64,000 bases of DNA from contig CAWIMD010000008.1 in assembly GCA_963837165.1 (NCBI GenBank), forward strand, positions 5,008 through 69,007. Reading direction: 5' to 3'. Shown in pieces: positions 1 to 14,199 of this stretch. The stretch comes from Vicinamibacteria bacterium. Lineage in GTDB: Bacteria; Acidobacteriota; Vicinamibacteria; Vicinamibacterales; JAENWD01. Position 1 is the stretch's first letter; each line of letters opens with the position of its first letter. Made by a program: the position numbers and the translations under genes. The notes under the pieces are model-generated. The model searched no databases and was not told where the DNA came from. It saw only the letters and a program-made list of their open reading frames with translations.

Positions 1-1
1 G

Positions 2-1534
<1,533 letters not shown>

Positions 1535-1562
1535 GTGCGAAAGCCCGGTTACACTACCGGAC

Positions 1563-2999
1563 ATGCGGCGCCTCCTGCTTCTGCTCCTGCCCGCTCTGCT
1601 CACCGTCGCGCCCGCGGCCGCCCAGAACATCCCGCTGCCGGGCCCGTCGGTGGACTTCTCCCACGGGCCGCTTCGCGTCTCGAAGAACCATCGCTTCCTC
1701 CAGCACGCCGATGGCACGCCGCTTCTCTACGTCGGCGACACGGCGTGGGAGCTGTTCGAGCGGCTGACCCGTGAGGAGACGGAGCGATATCTCGAGGTCC
1801 GGCGGGCCCAGGGGTTCACCGTGATCCAGGCGGTCGCCCTCGCCGAGTTCGACGGGCTGACGGCGGGCAACGCTTACGGCGAGCGCCCTCTCATCGACGA
1901 GGACCCCACCCGGCCCAACGAGAAGTACTTCGAGCACCTGGACTGGGTGGTGAAGAAGGCCGCCGAGAAGGGCCTGTACATTGGCCTGCTGCCCACCTGG
2001 GGCGACAAGGTGTCGCTCGCCTGGGGCAAGGGCCCGGTGGTGTTCCCCGTCGACAAGCCGGAGATTGCCCGGGCCTGGGGCCGGTTCCTGGGCCACAGGT
2101 ACAAGGACGCGCCGAACATCATCTGGATTCTCGGGGGCGATCGGGAGGCGGGCGGCTTCGAGCCCGTCTGGAATGCCATGGCGGCCGGGCTCGCCGAGGG
2201 CGACGGCGGCTCGCACCTGAAGACCTACCACCCGCAGGGCGGGCGGTCCTCGGCCGAGTGGTTCCACGATGCGCCGTGGCTGGACTTCAACATGATCCAG
2301 TCGGGCCACGCCGCACGGAACATCGCCAACGACGAGATGATCGAGAAGGACTACGCGCGCAGGCCACCCAGGCCGGTGCTCGACGGCGAGCTGCGTTACG
2401 AGGATCACCCCGTCAACTGGAAGGCCGAGAACGGCTACTTCGACGATTTCGACGTGCGCCAGGGCGTCTACTGGTCGGTGTTCGCGGGCGGCTTCGGCGT
2501 GACCTACGGCTGCCACGACGTCTGGCAGTTCCACACACCCGAGCGCGAGCCCATCTCGGCGGCGCGCAACAACTGGAACGACACCCTCACGCTGCCTGGC
2601 GCCTGGGAGATGCTGCACTTTCGGCGGCTCATGCTGTCGCGCCCCTTCGTCGATCGCGTGCCCGACCAGTCGATGATCGCGGAGGGCGAGGGCTCCGGGG
2701 AGGCGCACGTCCGCGCCACCCGCGGTCACGCGTACGCGTTCTTCTACATCCCCACGGGCCACCAGATCGCGGTGCGTCTCGGCAAGATTTCCGGCGAGCA
2801 GGTGATGGCCTGGTGGTTCAACCCGCGCACGGGCGCTGCCACCGCGGTCGGCCGGTACGCGAACATCTCGACGCGGGAGTTCACCCCGCCCGAGCCGCAC
2901 GGCCGGCCGAACGACTGGGTGCTCGTGCTGGACGATGCGGACCGTGGATTTCAGGCGCCGGGCTACCGCGTGCCGGACGCGCTGAAGCAGGCGCGGTAG
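1563..2999 (+). CDS. Secreted DUF4038/GH140 (apiosidase-like) glycoside hydrolase with C-terminal collagen-binding-like domain
   Basis: Signal peptide; GDTAWELF, RRAQGFTVIQAV, WILGGD, PVLDGELRYE, WFNPRTG and DWVLVL motifs typical of the family. Confidence 0.8.
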   Translation: MRRLLLLLLPALLTVAPAAAQNIPLPGPSVDFSHGPLRVSKNHRFLQHADGTPLLYVGDTAWELFERLTREETERYLEVRRAQGFTVIQAVALAEFDGLTAGNAYGERPLIDEDPTRPNEKYFEHLDWVVKKAAEKGLYIGLLPTWGDKVSLAWGKGPVVFPVDKPEIARAWGRFLGHRYKDAPNIIWILGGDREAGGFEPVWNAMAAGLAEGDGGSHLKTYHPQGGRSSAEWFHDAPWLDFNMIQSGHAARNIANDEMIEKDYARRPPRPVLDGELRYEDHPVNWKAENGYFDDFDVRQGVYWSVFAGGFGVTYGCHDVWQFHTPEREPISAARNNWNDTLTLPGAWEMLHFRRLMLSRPFVDRVPDQSMIAEGEGSGEAHVRATRGHAYAFFYIPTGHQIAVRLGKISGEQVMAWWFNPRTGAATAVGRYANISTREFTPPEPHGRPNDWVLVLDDADRGFQAPGYRVPDALKQAR

Positions 3000-3003
3000 C
3001 CGC

Positions 3004-3977
3004 ATGCGGCGCGCGTTCGCTGGCGCCCTGCTTGCGCTTGCGCTCGGCGTGACGGCGCCGTCCTGCGCGCCTTCGACGTCGCAGCCGCTGCGCGTCGGGC
3101 TCGCCGTCTTTCCGTCCTACGAGCTGTTCTTCCTGGCACGGAAGCACGGCTGGCTCGGCGACGACATCGACCTGGTGGAGTTCCAGTCGCCCGGCGATCC
3201 GATGCGCGCCTTTCGTGAAGGCGCCATCGACGTCGTCGCACTGACGACGCTCTATGCCCTCGATCTCGCACAGCGGCTGCCCGACACACGCATCGTCATG
3301 CCCCTCGATCACTCCATCGGCGCCGACGCCATCCTGGCCGGTCCGGCAGTGCCGGACGTGAAGGCGCTGAAGGGCCGGCGCGTGGGTGTGCATCCGACGC
3401 TGCTGGGGCCCTACTTGCTCCGGCGGGCCCTGGACAAGGCTGGACTCTCCAAGGACGACCTCACGATCGTTCCCGTCATGGGCGGCGACCAGCAGGGCGA
3501 TCAGGAACGAGTGCTCGCGGGAAACGAGGTCGATGCGCTCGTCACTGAAGAGCCGGTCGCGACCAGGCTGGTGGGGCGGGGAGCGCACACCATTTTCACG
3601 AGTGCCGACATTCCCGGTGAGATCGTCGACGTGTTGCTCGTCCGGCTGTCGCTGCTGGAGCGGGAGCGGCCGCGGCTGCAGCGGATCGTGGACGCGTGGT
3701 ACCGCGCCCGGGACGCGTTCCGGGCCGACCCGGCCGGCAGTGCCGCGATCATGGCACCGCGCGAGTCGCTGACGCCAGCCGAGTTCGTGGCGTCCTTCCG
3801 CGGGCTCGACATGCCCGATCGGCCGGCCGCGCAGAAGCTGCTCGACGGATCGGATCCGACGCTGCTGCGCGCGCTCCGGACCGAAGCGGCCATCATGCGC
3901 GAGGAGGGCTGGCTTGTCGGACCGGTCGATCCGCAGCGGCTTCCGGACGCGTCACTCGTCACTCCGTCGGGTCGGTG

Positions 3978-3978
<1 letters not shown>
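3004..3978 (+). CDS. SsuA/NMT1/THI5-like periplasmic substrate-binding protein, possible lipoprotein
   Basis: Signal peptide ending TAPSC; DHSIGADAI, LKGRRVGV, IPGEIVDVL motifs. Confidence 0.75.
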
Positions 3979-5870
<1,892 letters not shown>

Positions 5871-5910
5871 ACACGAAGGACACAAAGGGCACGAAGAACA
5901 CAAGAGCCAC
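5871..5910. repeat. Degenerate 9-mer tandem repeat (ACACGAAGG-like) between convergent genes
   Basis: acacgaagg acacaaagg gcacgaaga acacaagag; the reverse complement of the array at about 22604-22660. Confidence 0.6.
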
Positions 5911-5918
5911 ACGGCACG

Positions 5919-7470
5919 TCACTTCGGTCGAATCGTGACCTCGCGCGACCGGGCGCGCACGACCAGCACCCTGGCCTCCGGATCCCACGTGAAAGTGCCG
6001 CCGGACACCCGGGCGGGCGCCCACGCGCCCAGCTTCAGCGTGTCGGTCGAGATCGCGTCGAACTTGCGGTAGCGAATTGCGTGCTCGCCGTACGCGATCG
6101 ACTGGATCACCGTCGTCGTGTCGAGCAGGTGGTTCTGATCGCGGGGCGCCAGATCGGGAGCGGCGGCCATCGCCCGGAGGTAGTGCCTGACGTAGTCGCC
6201 GTAGCCGTCGGTGAGCCAGATGTCGTCCCGCGGGTACTTGTTCCGGCCGTCGGCGGCCACCATGTACGTCGCCCAGTTGAGGCGGCGGACCTGCCCGTCC
6301 TTCCGCGACCAGTCGCCGGTGGCATGCGCGTACGCGAGCTCGACGGACGCATGTCTGGCGGTGTGGCTGTTGCCGGGCACCTGATATCTGGTCTGCTCGT
6401 TGATGGGGACCACGTGGAGTGCCGCGTACTCGTGGTTGGCGAACGTGTGCTCCACCCAGTCGAGCGTGCGGCGCGCCTCGGCAAGGTCCTCGCGGCGGCC
6501 GCGGGCGTGCGCGATGAGGTACGCGGCCATGGTGTCGGCATTGATGGCGGTGTTCGAGGTACTCGACGATGTCCTCGAAGAACGGGCCCCAGTCGTTCGT
6601 CCGCAGCGGGTAGGCCTGCAGCCACCGCATCGTGATCGAGCGAGCCTGTCGATGAGACGGCGTCGCGACCCCGAGCGCCGCCAGGCCGTCGAACAGGCGC
6701 AGGGCCCCCGTCCAGTTCGCGGTGTACCCGGCCCAGAGCTGTTCGGGAATTGCGTGGTCCGCGCTGTACCGGGCCCACTCGGGCCGTCCCCGTGCAATTG
6801 CACCGGTCGCCGCGACGACCCGGTACGGCCATGGAGAAACATCGCGGGTGCCCGGGCCCACGTGGGCCGCCAGGACGTCCGCGATCCGGCGCGCGGCGTC
6901 CAGGTACCTGCGGTCGCCGGTCACCTCGTACAGCGTGACGAGCTCGGCCCCGAACGACGCCGCCTTGTCGGGCTGCAGCACGCCGGGGCCCGCACGCATG
7001 TCGCCGTCGTAGCGCCCGGAATGCGCGTCCAGGTTGTACGGGAACGGCAGGTCGGGCCAGCCGGACGAGGCGGGCGACAACCCGTGCGCGAGCCAGTAGT
7101 CGGCCATCAGGCGCATGTCGGCCACGAGCGCCGGATCACCGAGATACGCGTGGAGCAGGTTCCACGACGAGAGCGCCATCGGGATCTGATCCCCGCCGAG
7201 GCCACGCGGATCGTCGGCATCCGGCGTCCAGACCTGGTGCTGCAGGTAGTACGGCACGCCGTTGGGGCACCGGCGCATCCCGTGCCAGAACTGCCAGACG
7301 AGGCGAATCACGTGGTCGTACGACGCCCCGGGATCGTCGGAGTACCACGGGAGCAGACGTCCGGCTCCATCCAGCCGCACCTCGTGGTAGCCAAGCGACG
7401 CGCCGGGATCGGCGGGGACGAGCGCCGGCGTCGCCGCGAGGGCGATGACGAGGGCGGACACGAGTCTCAT
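5919..7470 (-). CDS. Secreted uncharacterised protein (possibly alpha/alpha-barrel glycosidase-like), split by one extra base at about 6558
   Basis: N-part MRLVSALVIALAATPAL...GPFFEDIVEY joins C-part SNTAINADTMAAYL...TIRPK when one C is removed from GAGTACCTC. Confidence 0.7.
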
Positions 7471-7477
7471 GACGCGG

Positions 7478-7494
7478 ATTCTATCCGGTAGAAT
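7478..7494. promoter_or_regulatory. Bidirectional leaderless promoter: two divergent TAGAAT -10 boxes
   Basis: GATTCTA-TCCGG-TAGAATC. The plus-strand TAGAAT is 6 nt before ATG 7501; the minus-strand TAGAAT is 7 nt before ATG 7470. No Shine-Dalgarno on either side. Confidence 0.6.
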
Positions 7495-7500
7495 CGCGGG

Positions 7501-9540
7501 ATGACGAGGAGGACGGTGACGGTGCGAGTGGTCCTGGCGGCGACGGTGGGGCTGATGCTGATGGGGGCGCCGCCGCCGCACCCGGTGCAGGCATCTGCCC
7601 GGCCGCCGATGCCGCGCAGCGTCCCCAACCGCGGGCCGCTGACGCAAGGCACCTTCACGATCCTGCCGCTCGGCTCCATTCGCCCGGAGGGCTGGCTGCG
7701 GCGCGAGCTGGAAATCCAGGCGGCGGGCCTGACCGGGCATCTCGACGAGTTCTGGCCTGACGTGGGGCCGACCAGCGGCTGGCTCGGCGGATCCGGCGAG
7801 AGCTGGGAACGTGGACCGTACTATCTCGACGGCCTGCTCCCGCTCGCGTACCTCCTCGAGGACCAGGCGCTCATCGCGAAGGCCGACAAGTACGTGGAGT
7901 GGACGCTCGCCCACCAGGCCGAGAACGGCTGGATCGGGCCGCCGTCGAACACCGACTGGTGGCCCAACATGGTGATGCTGAAGGTGCTCACCCAGTATCA
8001 GGAAGCCACCGGCGATCCCCGCGTCGTCCCTGCGATGACGAGGTATTTCATGTACCACCTGCATGAGGCGGTCCGGCGGCCGCTGCACCAGTGGGCGGTG
8101 TACCGGTGGGCCGACGAGCTGGTGAGCATCCTGTGGCTGTACAACCGGACGGCCGATCCGCGCCTGCTCACGCTGGCCAGGACGTTGCACAACCAGGGCA
8201 CCGACTGGGGGCGTCACTTCTCGCACTTCGAGTTCGAGCACAAGACCTCGACGCGCGGCCTCGGGCTGGATCCGGCGGACCAGGAGTTCTCCGATCGCGC
8301 CATGCGGGCCCACGGCGTCAACACGGCCATGGGCCTCAAGACCTCCGCCGTCTGGTCGGAGATCTCCGGGGCGGCCGAGGATCGGGACGCCATCGTCACG
8401 GCGCTCGACGTCCTGGACCGCTACCACGGCCAGCCGAACGGGATGTTCAGCGCGGACGAGCACTACGCCGGCCGGGATCCGTCGGAGGGCACCGAGCTCT
8501 GCGCGGTGGTCGAGTCGATGTTCTCGCTCGAGCAGGTGCTGGCCGTGCGGGGCGGCGTGGCGCTGGCCGACCGGCTCGAGCGGATCGCCTACAACGCGCT
8601 GCCGGCCACCCTGTCGCCCGACATGTGGGCGCACCAGTACGACCAGCAGGCCAACCAGGTGCTCTGCAGCCTGCGGCAGCGGCGCTGGGTCAGCAACGGC
8701 CCGGAGTCGAACCTGTTCGGCCTCGAGCCCAACTTCGGCTGCTGCACCGCGAACATGCACCAGGGATGGCCGAAGCTCGTCGCGAGCCTGTGGATGGCCA
8801 CGCCGGACGCGGGCCTGGCGGCCGTCGTCTACGGGCCGAGCCAGGTGCGGGCGCGGGTGGCGCGCGGCGTCGGGGTCACGATTGACGAGAAGACCGACTA
8901 CCCGTTCGGCGAGAACATCGAGCTGACCGTGCGCCCCGAGGCGGCGGTGCTGAGCTTCCCGCTGCAGCTCCGCATTCCGGCCTGGGCCGTGGACGCCACC
9001 GTCCGCGTGAACGGGGCGCCGGTGGCCGGCGCGACGCCCGGCGAATTCCTCCGAATCGACCGCATGTGGCGCGCCGGCGACCGTGTACAGCTGCACCTGT
9101 CCATGCAGACCACGGCTCGCCGCTGGTATCGCGGCGGGGTCTCGCTGTCGCGCGGGCCGATCGTGTTTGCGCTGCCCGTGGGGGAAGACTGGCGACGCGC
9201 GCCGGCCGGGATGAAGCACCCGGCGCCGGCACCCGCGGCGGACTGGGAAATCTACCCGACCACGGCCTGGAACTACGGCCTGGTGCTGGACCCTGACCAG
9301 GCGTCGGCGCTGCGGGTGGACGACCGCTCCGTCGGTCAGATGCCGTTCAGCCCGAAGACGCCGCCGCTGGCCCTCCACGTGACCGGCCGGCGCATCCCCG
9401 AGTGGCAGCTCGAGGACGGGTCGGCCGGTACGCTGCCCGAAAGCCCGGTCGTCAGCCACGAGGCCGACGAGCCGCTCTCGCTCGTGCCGTACGGATCGGT
9501 CAGGCTGCGCGTGACGGTCTTCCCGGTCATCGCCCGTTAG
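7501..9540 (+). CDS. GH127/GH146-like beta-L-arabinofuranosidase family protein, secreted
   Basis: Signal peptide; GWLGGSGESWERGPY, HGVN, GTELCAVVE, ERIAYNALP, NFGCCTANMHQGWPK, LRIPAW. Confidence 0.85.
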   Translation: MTRRTVTVRVVLAATVGLMLMGAPPPHPVQASARPPMPRSVPNRGPLTQGTFTILPLGSIRPEGWLRRELEIQAAGLTGHLDEFWPDVGPTSGWLGGSGESWERGPYYLDGLLPLAYLLEDQALIAKADKYVEWTLAHQAENGWIGPPSNTDWWPNMVMLKVLTQYQEATGDPRVVPAMTRYFMYHLHEAVRRPLHQWAVYRWADELVSILWLYNRTADPRLLTLARTLHNQGTDWGRHFSHFEFEHKTSTRGLGLDPADQEFSDRAMRAHGVNTAMGLKTSAVWSEISGAAEDRDAIVTALDVLDRYHGQPNGMFSADEHYAGRDPSEGTELCAVVESMFSLEQVLAVRGGVALADRLERIAYNALPATLSPDMWAHQYDQQANQVLCSLRQRRWVSNGPESNLFGLEPNFGCCTANMHQGWPKLVASLWMATPDAGLAAVVYGPSQVRARVARGVGVTIDEKTDYPFGENIELTVRPEAAVLSFPLQLRIPAWAVDATVRVNGAPVAGATPGEFLRIDRMWRAGDRVQLHLSMQTTARRWYRGGVSLSRGPIVFALPVGEDWRRAPAGMKHPAPAPAADWEIYPTTAWNYGLVLDPDQASALRVDDRSVGQMPFSPKTPPLALHVTGRRIPEWQLEDGSAGTLPESPVVSHEADEPLSLVPYGSVRLRVTVFPVIAR

Positions 9541-9541
9541 C

Positions 9542-9726
9542 CCACATGTAGCGCAGACCTTCAGGTCTGCCCCGCATCCACATGTAGCGCAGACCTTCAG
9601 GTCTGCCTCGCATCCACATGTAGCGCAGACCTTCAGGTCTGCCTCGCATCCACATGTAGCGCAGACCTTCAGGTCTGCCCACGGGGCGCCGGCATGCGTG
9701 TGGGCAGGCCTGAAGGCCTGCGCTAG
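9542..9726. repeat. GTAG-type REP cluster: four tandem 36-bp units plus one inverted copy
   Basis: CCACATGTAGCGCAGACCTTCAGGTCTGC at 9542, 9578, 9614 and 9650; GCAGGCCTGAAGGCCTGCGCTA at about 9704. Confidence 0.9.
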
Positions 9727-9731
9727 CCGTG

Positions 9732-12326
9732 TCAGAAGCTCACTGTCGCGGTACTGGAACAGGTACTCGTGCCTGTGTTGCAGACCCGATAGGTGAACGT
9801 GCCCTTGCCCTTACCGCCGGTGGCGTCGGTGAACGCGCCGTCGTTGGGCGTGGCCGTCGCGATCCTGGTGCCGTTCCGGAAGACGTCGACGGGCGTCGTG
9901 GCCCCGCCCCAGCTCAAATCGACGTACTCGCTGCCCTTCACCTTGTAGCCACTCGCGGTGAGAGTGATGTTCACGGGCGGAGTCACGGTCACGGTGATGG
10001 CGACCTGGGCCTGTCCCGACAGACCACCGCCGTCGGTGACGCTGGCCGTGATGATGTGCGTGCCCACCGCAAGATCGCTCCGGAAAATGCTCGCGCCGGT
10101 GCCCAGGTTGAACGGCGCCAGGCTGGACGTCCACACCAAACTCGCGCTGAGGTTCCCCTCCTCGGTGTCGTTGGCACTGCCCGCGAAGCCGATCGAGGCG
10201 CCCTGCACGAAGCTGCTGCCATTGGACGGGGCGGTGATCGACACGACGGGCGCCGTGTTCGAGGCGGCGTTCACGATGACGACGATCCCCGCTGACCCTG
10301 AGAGCCCGCCGCCGTCGGTCACGCTGGCGGTGACGACGTGCGTGCCCGCGCTGAGAGAGCTCGTCGAAAAGCTGGCGCCGGACCCGATGACGCCGTCGAT
10401 GCTCGACGACCAGGACAGACTCGCGGAGAGGTTGCCGTCCTCGGCGTCGGAGGCCGAGCCGGTGAAGGTCACCGAGGTGCCCTGGGTCACCGACGTTCCG
10501 GTCTGCGGCTGCGAGATGGCCACGACGGGCGCCGTGTTCGGCGGCGGCCCGGCCGGGCACTCGGCGGGCAGCGTGAACGACTCGGTCGCCTTGAAGAAGC
10601 AGAGTCCGATCGCGCAGATCTCGTAGCCGTCCGCCCCGACGCCAATCCCGAACTGGGCGAAGGCGTTCCAGACCGTGCACCTGGCGGCATCCGGATCCAC
10701 CTCCGTGGACATGTTCGCGATCGACGACAGGATGCCGTCGCGCATGTCCTCGTAGGCGGGCTTCGGCGCCGTGTAGCTCATGCCGTCCACGACGTAGCGC
10801 ATCAGCGTGTCCTGCGACCAGCCGTTCGACAGCCACAGCTGCCGCAGGCGCCACATCGTCGCCGCGTAGATCTCGCCGTCGAGGTGCGGGCCGAGAAGCC
10901 CGACGACGAGGCCGTAGGTGCGCGTGTAGTTCGTGTAGGGCGCGGTGCGGATGCCAATCGGGTTGTTGGACGAGTACTCCGCAACCCGGTCGTCGTTGTT
11001 GAAGTAGATGGCGAGCGCGTCGCTCATGCCCTCACCGACCGCTTCGGCCGGCGCCCCGCTCATGTCGCCGATCATCCGCCATGTCAGGCCGTGGCCGTAC
11101 TCGTGGTAGACGATGTCGGAGTCGAGATCGCCGTCGCGGTTGGGCGTGGTGCCCGTCCACAGGTACATCTGCATCCGCGGCCGCTGGCCCTCGGGGGGAG
11201 TCGCGAAGTTCGCGTTGTCGGTGCCGCTGCCGTCCTGCGCTTCCGCGTTCAGGGGATCGTTGCCGATGCCGCCCCGGCCGAAGTTGTCAGTCTGGAAGTT
11301 CCCGGCGGCCTCGTCGAAGCCGTACGTGTAGAGGCGGTCGTGCGTCAGGTTCGTGAGGTAGAACAGGTTGGTGACGGCGGCTGCCTGGTTGGTGATGGTG
11401 GTCGGCGTCGTGTTGCCGTCCCAGACGAAGTCGAACACCTGGGTGGGCGACGTCGGGCGGCCGTTCACGTCCGGCAGATCGTTGGCGTCGCGATCCAGGT
11501 AGGCGTCGACGTTGTTCCCCGTGGTCGTGTGGCTCCCGCTCGGCAGCCAGCCGTCGGGCGAGGCGACCTGGTCGGCCGGGTCGGTGAGGAGCTGCTGGGT
11601 GCTGACCGCGGGATTGTTCGCGAAGACGCGGTAGCCCTCGTATTGCGTGCGCAGCTGCTCGCTCAGGATCTGGCCGCGCCCGGAAACGACCGTCATCCTG
11701 AGCACGTTCGCCTGATCCCAGGTCTCGACGAGGTATCCGCTGTCCAGCGCGCTTCCGCGCAGCGGCACCGCAATGCGCGTGACCTGAGGCGCCACGTAGA
11801 ACGGCGCGATGCGCGCGTAGGTCGTGACGTTACCGATGCTCGACACCTCGCCGGGGTCCGCGGCCACGGACGGGTAGTGGCGCGCGATGACGGCGTGCAG
11901 CGCCGCCTCGGGCCCGACCAGCGCGGGCCGGAGCCCGTGCGCCGTCGAGACGAGGTTCTCGATCAGCGTCGTCAGGTCCCCGCCGGCACTGAAGCTCGCC
12001 TCCACGTACGTGCCGTAGACGTCGAGGCCGGCGACCTGCTGGCCGTACCGGACGTGCACCGTCCCGAACGACTCGCGCTCCCCCGTCTGCACGAGATCGC
12101 GGAGCGTGGCGGCGTCGTGCGTCGCGCGCAGGTAGTCGCGAATCGTCTCGCCTCTCGTCGGAGCGCCGGGCGCGAGTCGCCCGGCTCGAGGGGCACGGTG
12201 AGCGCGGGCGCCCTGCGCGCTGAGATCGGCGAGCGCGTCCGGCCCCTGTCCGCGAGCCGTGCTGGCCGCGAGCACGAAGGGAATGAGGAGCACCGACGCG
12301 AGGACGGCCGGACGGGCGCGCGACAT
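9732..12326 (-). CDS. M36 (fungalysin-like) secreted metallopeptidase with propeptide and C-terminal Ig/PKD-like domains
   Basis: YGFDEAAGNFQ, NANFATPPEGQRPRMQMY, DGDLDSDIVYHEYGHGL, EGMSD; two NTAPVV..DxEDGNLS repeats. Confidence 0.88.
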   Translation of the reverse strand: MSRARPAVLASVLLIPFVLAASTARGQGPDALADLSAQGARAHRAPRAGRLAPGAPTRGETIRDYLRATHDAATLRDLVQTGERESFGTVHVRYGQQVAGLDVYGTYVEASFSAGGDLTTLIENLVSTAHGLRPALVGPEAALHAVIARHYPSVAADPGEVSSIGNVTTYARIAPFYVAPQVTRIAVPLRGSALDSGYLVETWDQANVLRMTVVSGRGQILSEQLRTQYEGYRVFANNPAVSTQQLLTDPADQVASPDGWLPSGSHTTTGNNVDAYLDRDANDLPDVNGRPTSPTQVFDFVWDGNTTPTTITNQAAAVTNLFYLTNLTHDRLYTYGFDEAAGNFQTDNFGRGGIGNDPLNAEAQDGSGTDNANFATPPEGQRPRMQMYLWTGTTPNRDGDLDSDIVYHEYGHGLTWRMIGDMSGAPAEAVGEGMSDALAIYFNNDDRVAEYSSNNPIGIRTAPYTNYTRTYGLVVGLLGPHLDGEIYAATMWRLRQLWLSNGWSQDTLMRYVVDGMSYTAPKPAYEDMRDGILSSIANMSTEVDPDAARCTVWNAFAQFGIGVGADGYEICAIGLCFFKATESFTLPAECPAGPPPNTAPVVAISQPQTGTSVTQGTSVTFTGSASDAEDGNLSASLSWSSSIDGVIGSGASFSTSSLSAGTHVVTASVTDGGGLSGSAGIVVIVNAASNTAPVVSITAPSNGSSFVQGASIGFAGSANDTEEGNLSASLVWTSSLAPFNLGTGASIFRSDLAVGTHIITASVTDGGGLSGQAQVAITVTVTPPVNITLTASGYKVKGSEYVDLSWGGATTPVDVFRNGTRIATATPNDGAFTDATGGKGKGTFTYRVCNTGTSTCSSTATVSF

Positions 12327-12433
12327 GGCAGACCTCCCCGACCGAGCGCCGGGCGGCCGGCGTTTCGGCTCTCACGGACGAGCTTGTTGGCGAAGCCTAG
12401 AGGCTAGATCAGGGGGCGGAGAGATGTCAAAAA

Positions 12434-12465
12434 GGAGGATAGGAGGATGGGAGGATAGGAGGATG
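12434..12465. repeat. Octamer tandem repeat (GGAGGAT[A/G]) x4
   Basis: ggaggata ggaggatg ggaggata ggaggatg, directly after the GMC stop codon. Confidence 0.75.
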
Positions 12466-12467
12466 GG

Positions 12468-14159
12468 TTACACGTTCCCCTTCTTCATCTCCCCCATCAG
12501 GTAGTCGCAGGCGCGGACGGTGAGCGCCATGATCGTGAGCGTGGGATTCTGGCAGCCGCCGGAGACGAATGCGGAGCCGTCGGTGACGAACAGGTTCTTC
12601 ACGTCGTGGGCCTGGCAGTAGCCGTTGAGAACGGAGATCTTCGGGTCGGCGCCCATCCGCGCGGTGCCGAGCTCGTGGATGCCGAAGCCGGGAACGCGGT
12701 CCGGCACCTGGTAGGGCACGATGTTCTTCGCGCCGGCGGCTTCCATCATCTCGACGGCGGCCTCCGCCATGGCCGGGATCATCTTCTTCTCGTTCTCGCC
12801 CCAGGACATGGTGATGCGCAGCACGGGAATGCCGTACGCGTCCACCGTCGCCGGGTCGATGGCCACGAAGTTGTCGTAGCGGGCCAGCGTCTCGCCGAAG
12901 CCGGCCAGCCGGACCGAGGTCACCGGATCGAGGGCCGCCTTCTTGAACGCGGCGCCGAAGCCGGGCGCGTTCAGGTTGAACGAGGACCCGCCGCCGCCCT
13001 GGAAGCCGAAGCCGCGGATGAACTCCGTGCTGCGCGGGCCGTTCATGGTGTTCCGCATGCGGATGCCGTAGATCCCGTTCGGCCGCTTGCCGCTGTCGAG
13101 CGACGGCTTCGGGTTCACCGCGTCGGGGAACTCCCCGAAGGCCCCGCCGGTGACCCACAGGTGATCCATCAGGTAGTGGCCGAGCACGCCGCTCGAGTTC
13201 GCCAGGCCGGCAGGCGCGTCGGCGGTCGCCGAATTCAGCAGGATCCGCGCGCTCTCGAGCGCCTGCGCGCAGATGAGCACCACCCGCGCGTGGACTTCCC
13301 GCACCTCGCGCGTGTTGCGGTCGATGTACATCACGCCGGTCGCTTTGCCGGTGGCCGTGTCCGTCAGGACCTTGTAGACCATCGCATTGGTGATGAGCGT
13401 GGTGTTGCCCGACTTCAGCGCGTCGGCGACGGTGGTGAACGCGGCGTTGAAATAGGAGTGCGTGATGCAGCCCTGCTCGCAGGGCCCGCAGTAGTGGCAT
13501 GCCGCGCGGCCGTTGAGCGGTCTCGTCAGGTTGGCCGAGCGCCCGATGGTCACCGTGTACCCGAGCTTCTGCTTGACACGCGTCCGGAGCTGCGTCTCGG
13601 CGCACGTCATCGGCATGGCCGGCAGGAACTTGCCGTCCGGCAGCTCCGGCACGCCTTCGGTCTGGCCGGTGATCCCGACGTACTCCTCGACGATGTCGTA
13701 GTAGGGCGCCAGGTCGGCGTACTCGAGCGGCCAGTCCTCGCCGTAGCCGTCGAAGGACTTCCCCTTCAGGTCCTGCTGGCTGAGGCGATAGCTCTGGCGG
13801 CCCCAGACATTGGTGCGCCCGCCGACCACCCGCATCCGGCCCTGCCAGCTGAACGGCTTGTCGTCGGGCGTGGTGTAGGGCTCCTCCAGGTCGTTGGCGA
13901 ACCAGTGGTAGTTCCACTCGCGGCAGGCGTAGCAATCCCGCTGACGAGGGCGCGTCCGGCGGATGTACTCATCGGACCGGTTGCGGTACTTGAGGTCCCA
14001 CTCCGGGACGTGCTCGACGAAGTCCTTGTCGCCCTGCGGCCGGCCGGCCTCGAGGATGGCCACCTTCACGCCGGCTTCCGAGAGCCGCTTGGCGGCCCAC
14101 CCGCCCGAAGCGCCCGAACCCACCACGATCGCGTCGAACTGCTGGCTGGATGACTGCAA
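12468..14159 (-). CDS. GMC-family FAD oxidoreductase (glycoside 3-dehydrogenase/gluconate dehydrogenase flavoprotein-like)
   Basis: VVGSGASGG FAD motif, GGRTNVWGR, CHYCGPCEQGC Fe-S-type motif, HELGTARMG, NPTLTIMAL. TTG start is uncertain. Confidence 0.88.
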   Translation of the reverse strand: MQSSSQQFDAIVVGSGASGGWAAKRLSEAGVKVAILEAGRPQGDKDFVEHVPEWDLKYRNRSDEYIRRTRPRQRDCYACREWNYHWFANDLEEPYTTPDDKPFSWQGRMRVVGGRTNVWGRQSYRLSQQDLKGKSFDGYGEDWPLEYADLAPYYDIVEEYVGITGQTEGVPELPDGKFLPAMPMTCAETQLRTRVKQKLGYTVTIGRSANLTRPLNGRAACHYCGPCEQGCITHSYFNAAFTTVADALKSGNTTLITNAMVYKVLTDTATGKATGVMYIDRNTREVREVHARVVLICAQALESARILLNSATADAPAGLANSSGVLGHYLMDHLWVTGGAFGEFPDAVNPKPSLDSGKRPNGIYGIRMRNTMNGPRSTEFIRGFGFQGGGGSSFNLNAPGFGAAFKKAALDPVTSVRLAGFGETLARYDNFVAIDPATVDAYGIPVLRITMSWGENEKKMIPAMAEAAVEMMEAAGAKNIVPYQVPDRVPGFGIHELGTARMGADPKISVLNGYCQAHDVKNLFVTDGSAFVSGGCQNPTLTIMALTVRACDYLMGEMKKGNV

Positions 14160-14199
14160 TGCGTGTCGTCTCCGCTCCCTGCTGCCTACTGCCTACTGC

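Noticed and set aside
9542-9678. Four 29-nt palindromic repeats resembling a CRISPR array
   Set aside because: The spacers are 7 nt and nearly identical, no cas genes are present, and the same motif is dispersed as GTAG REPs.
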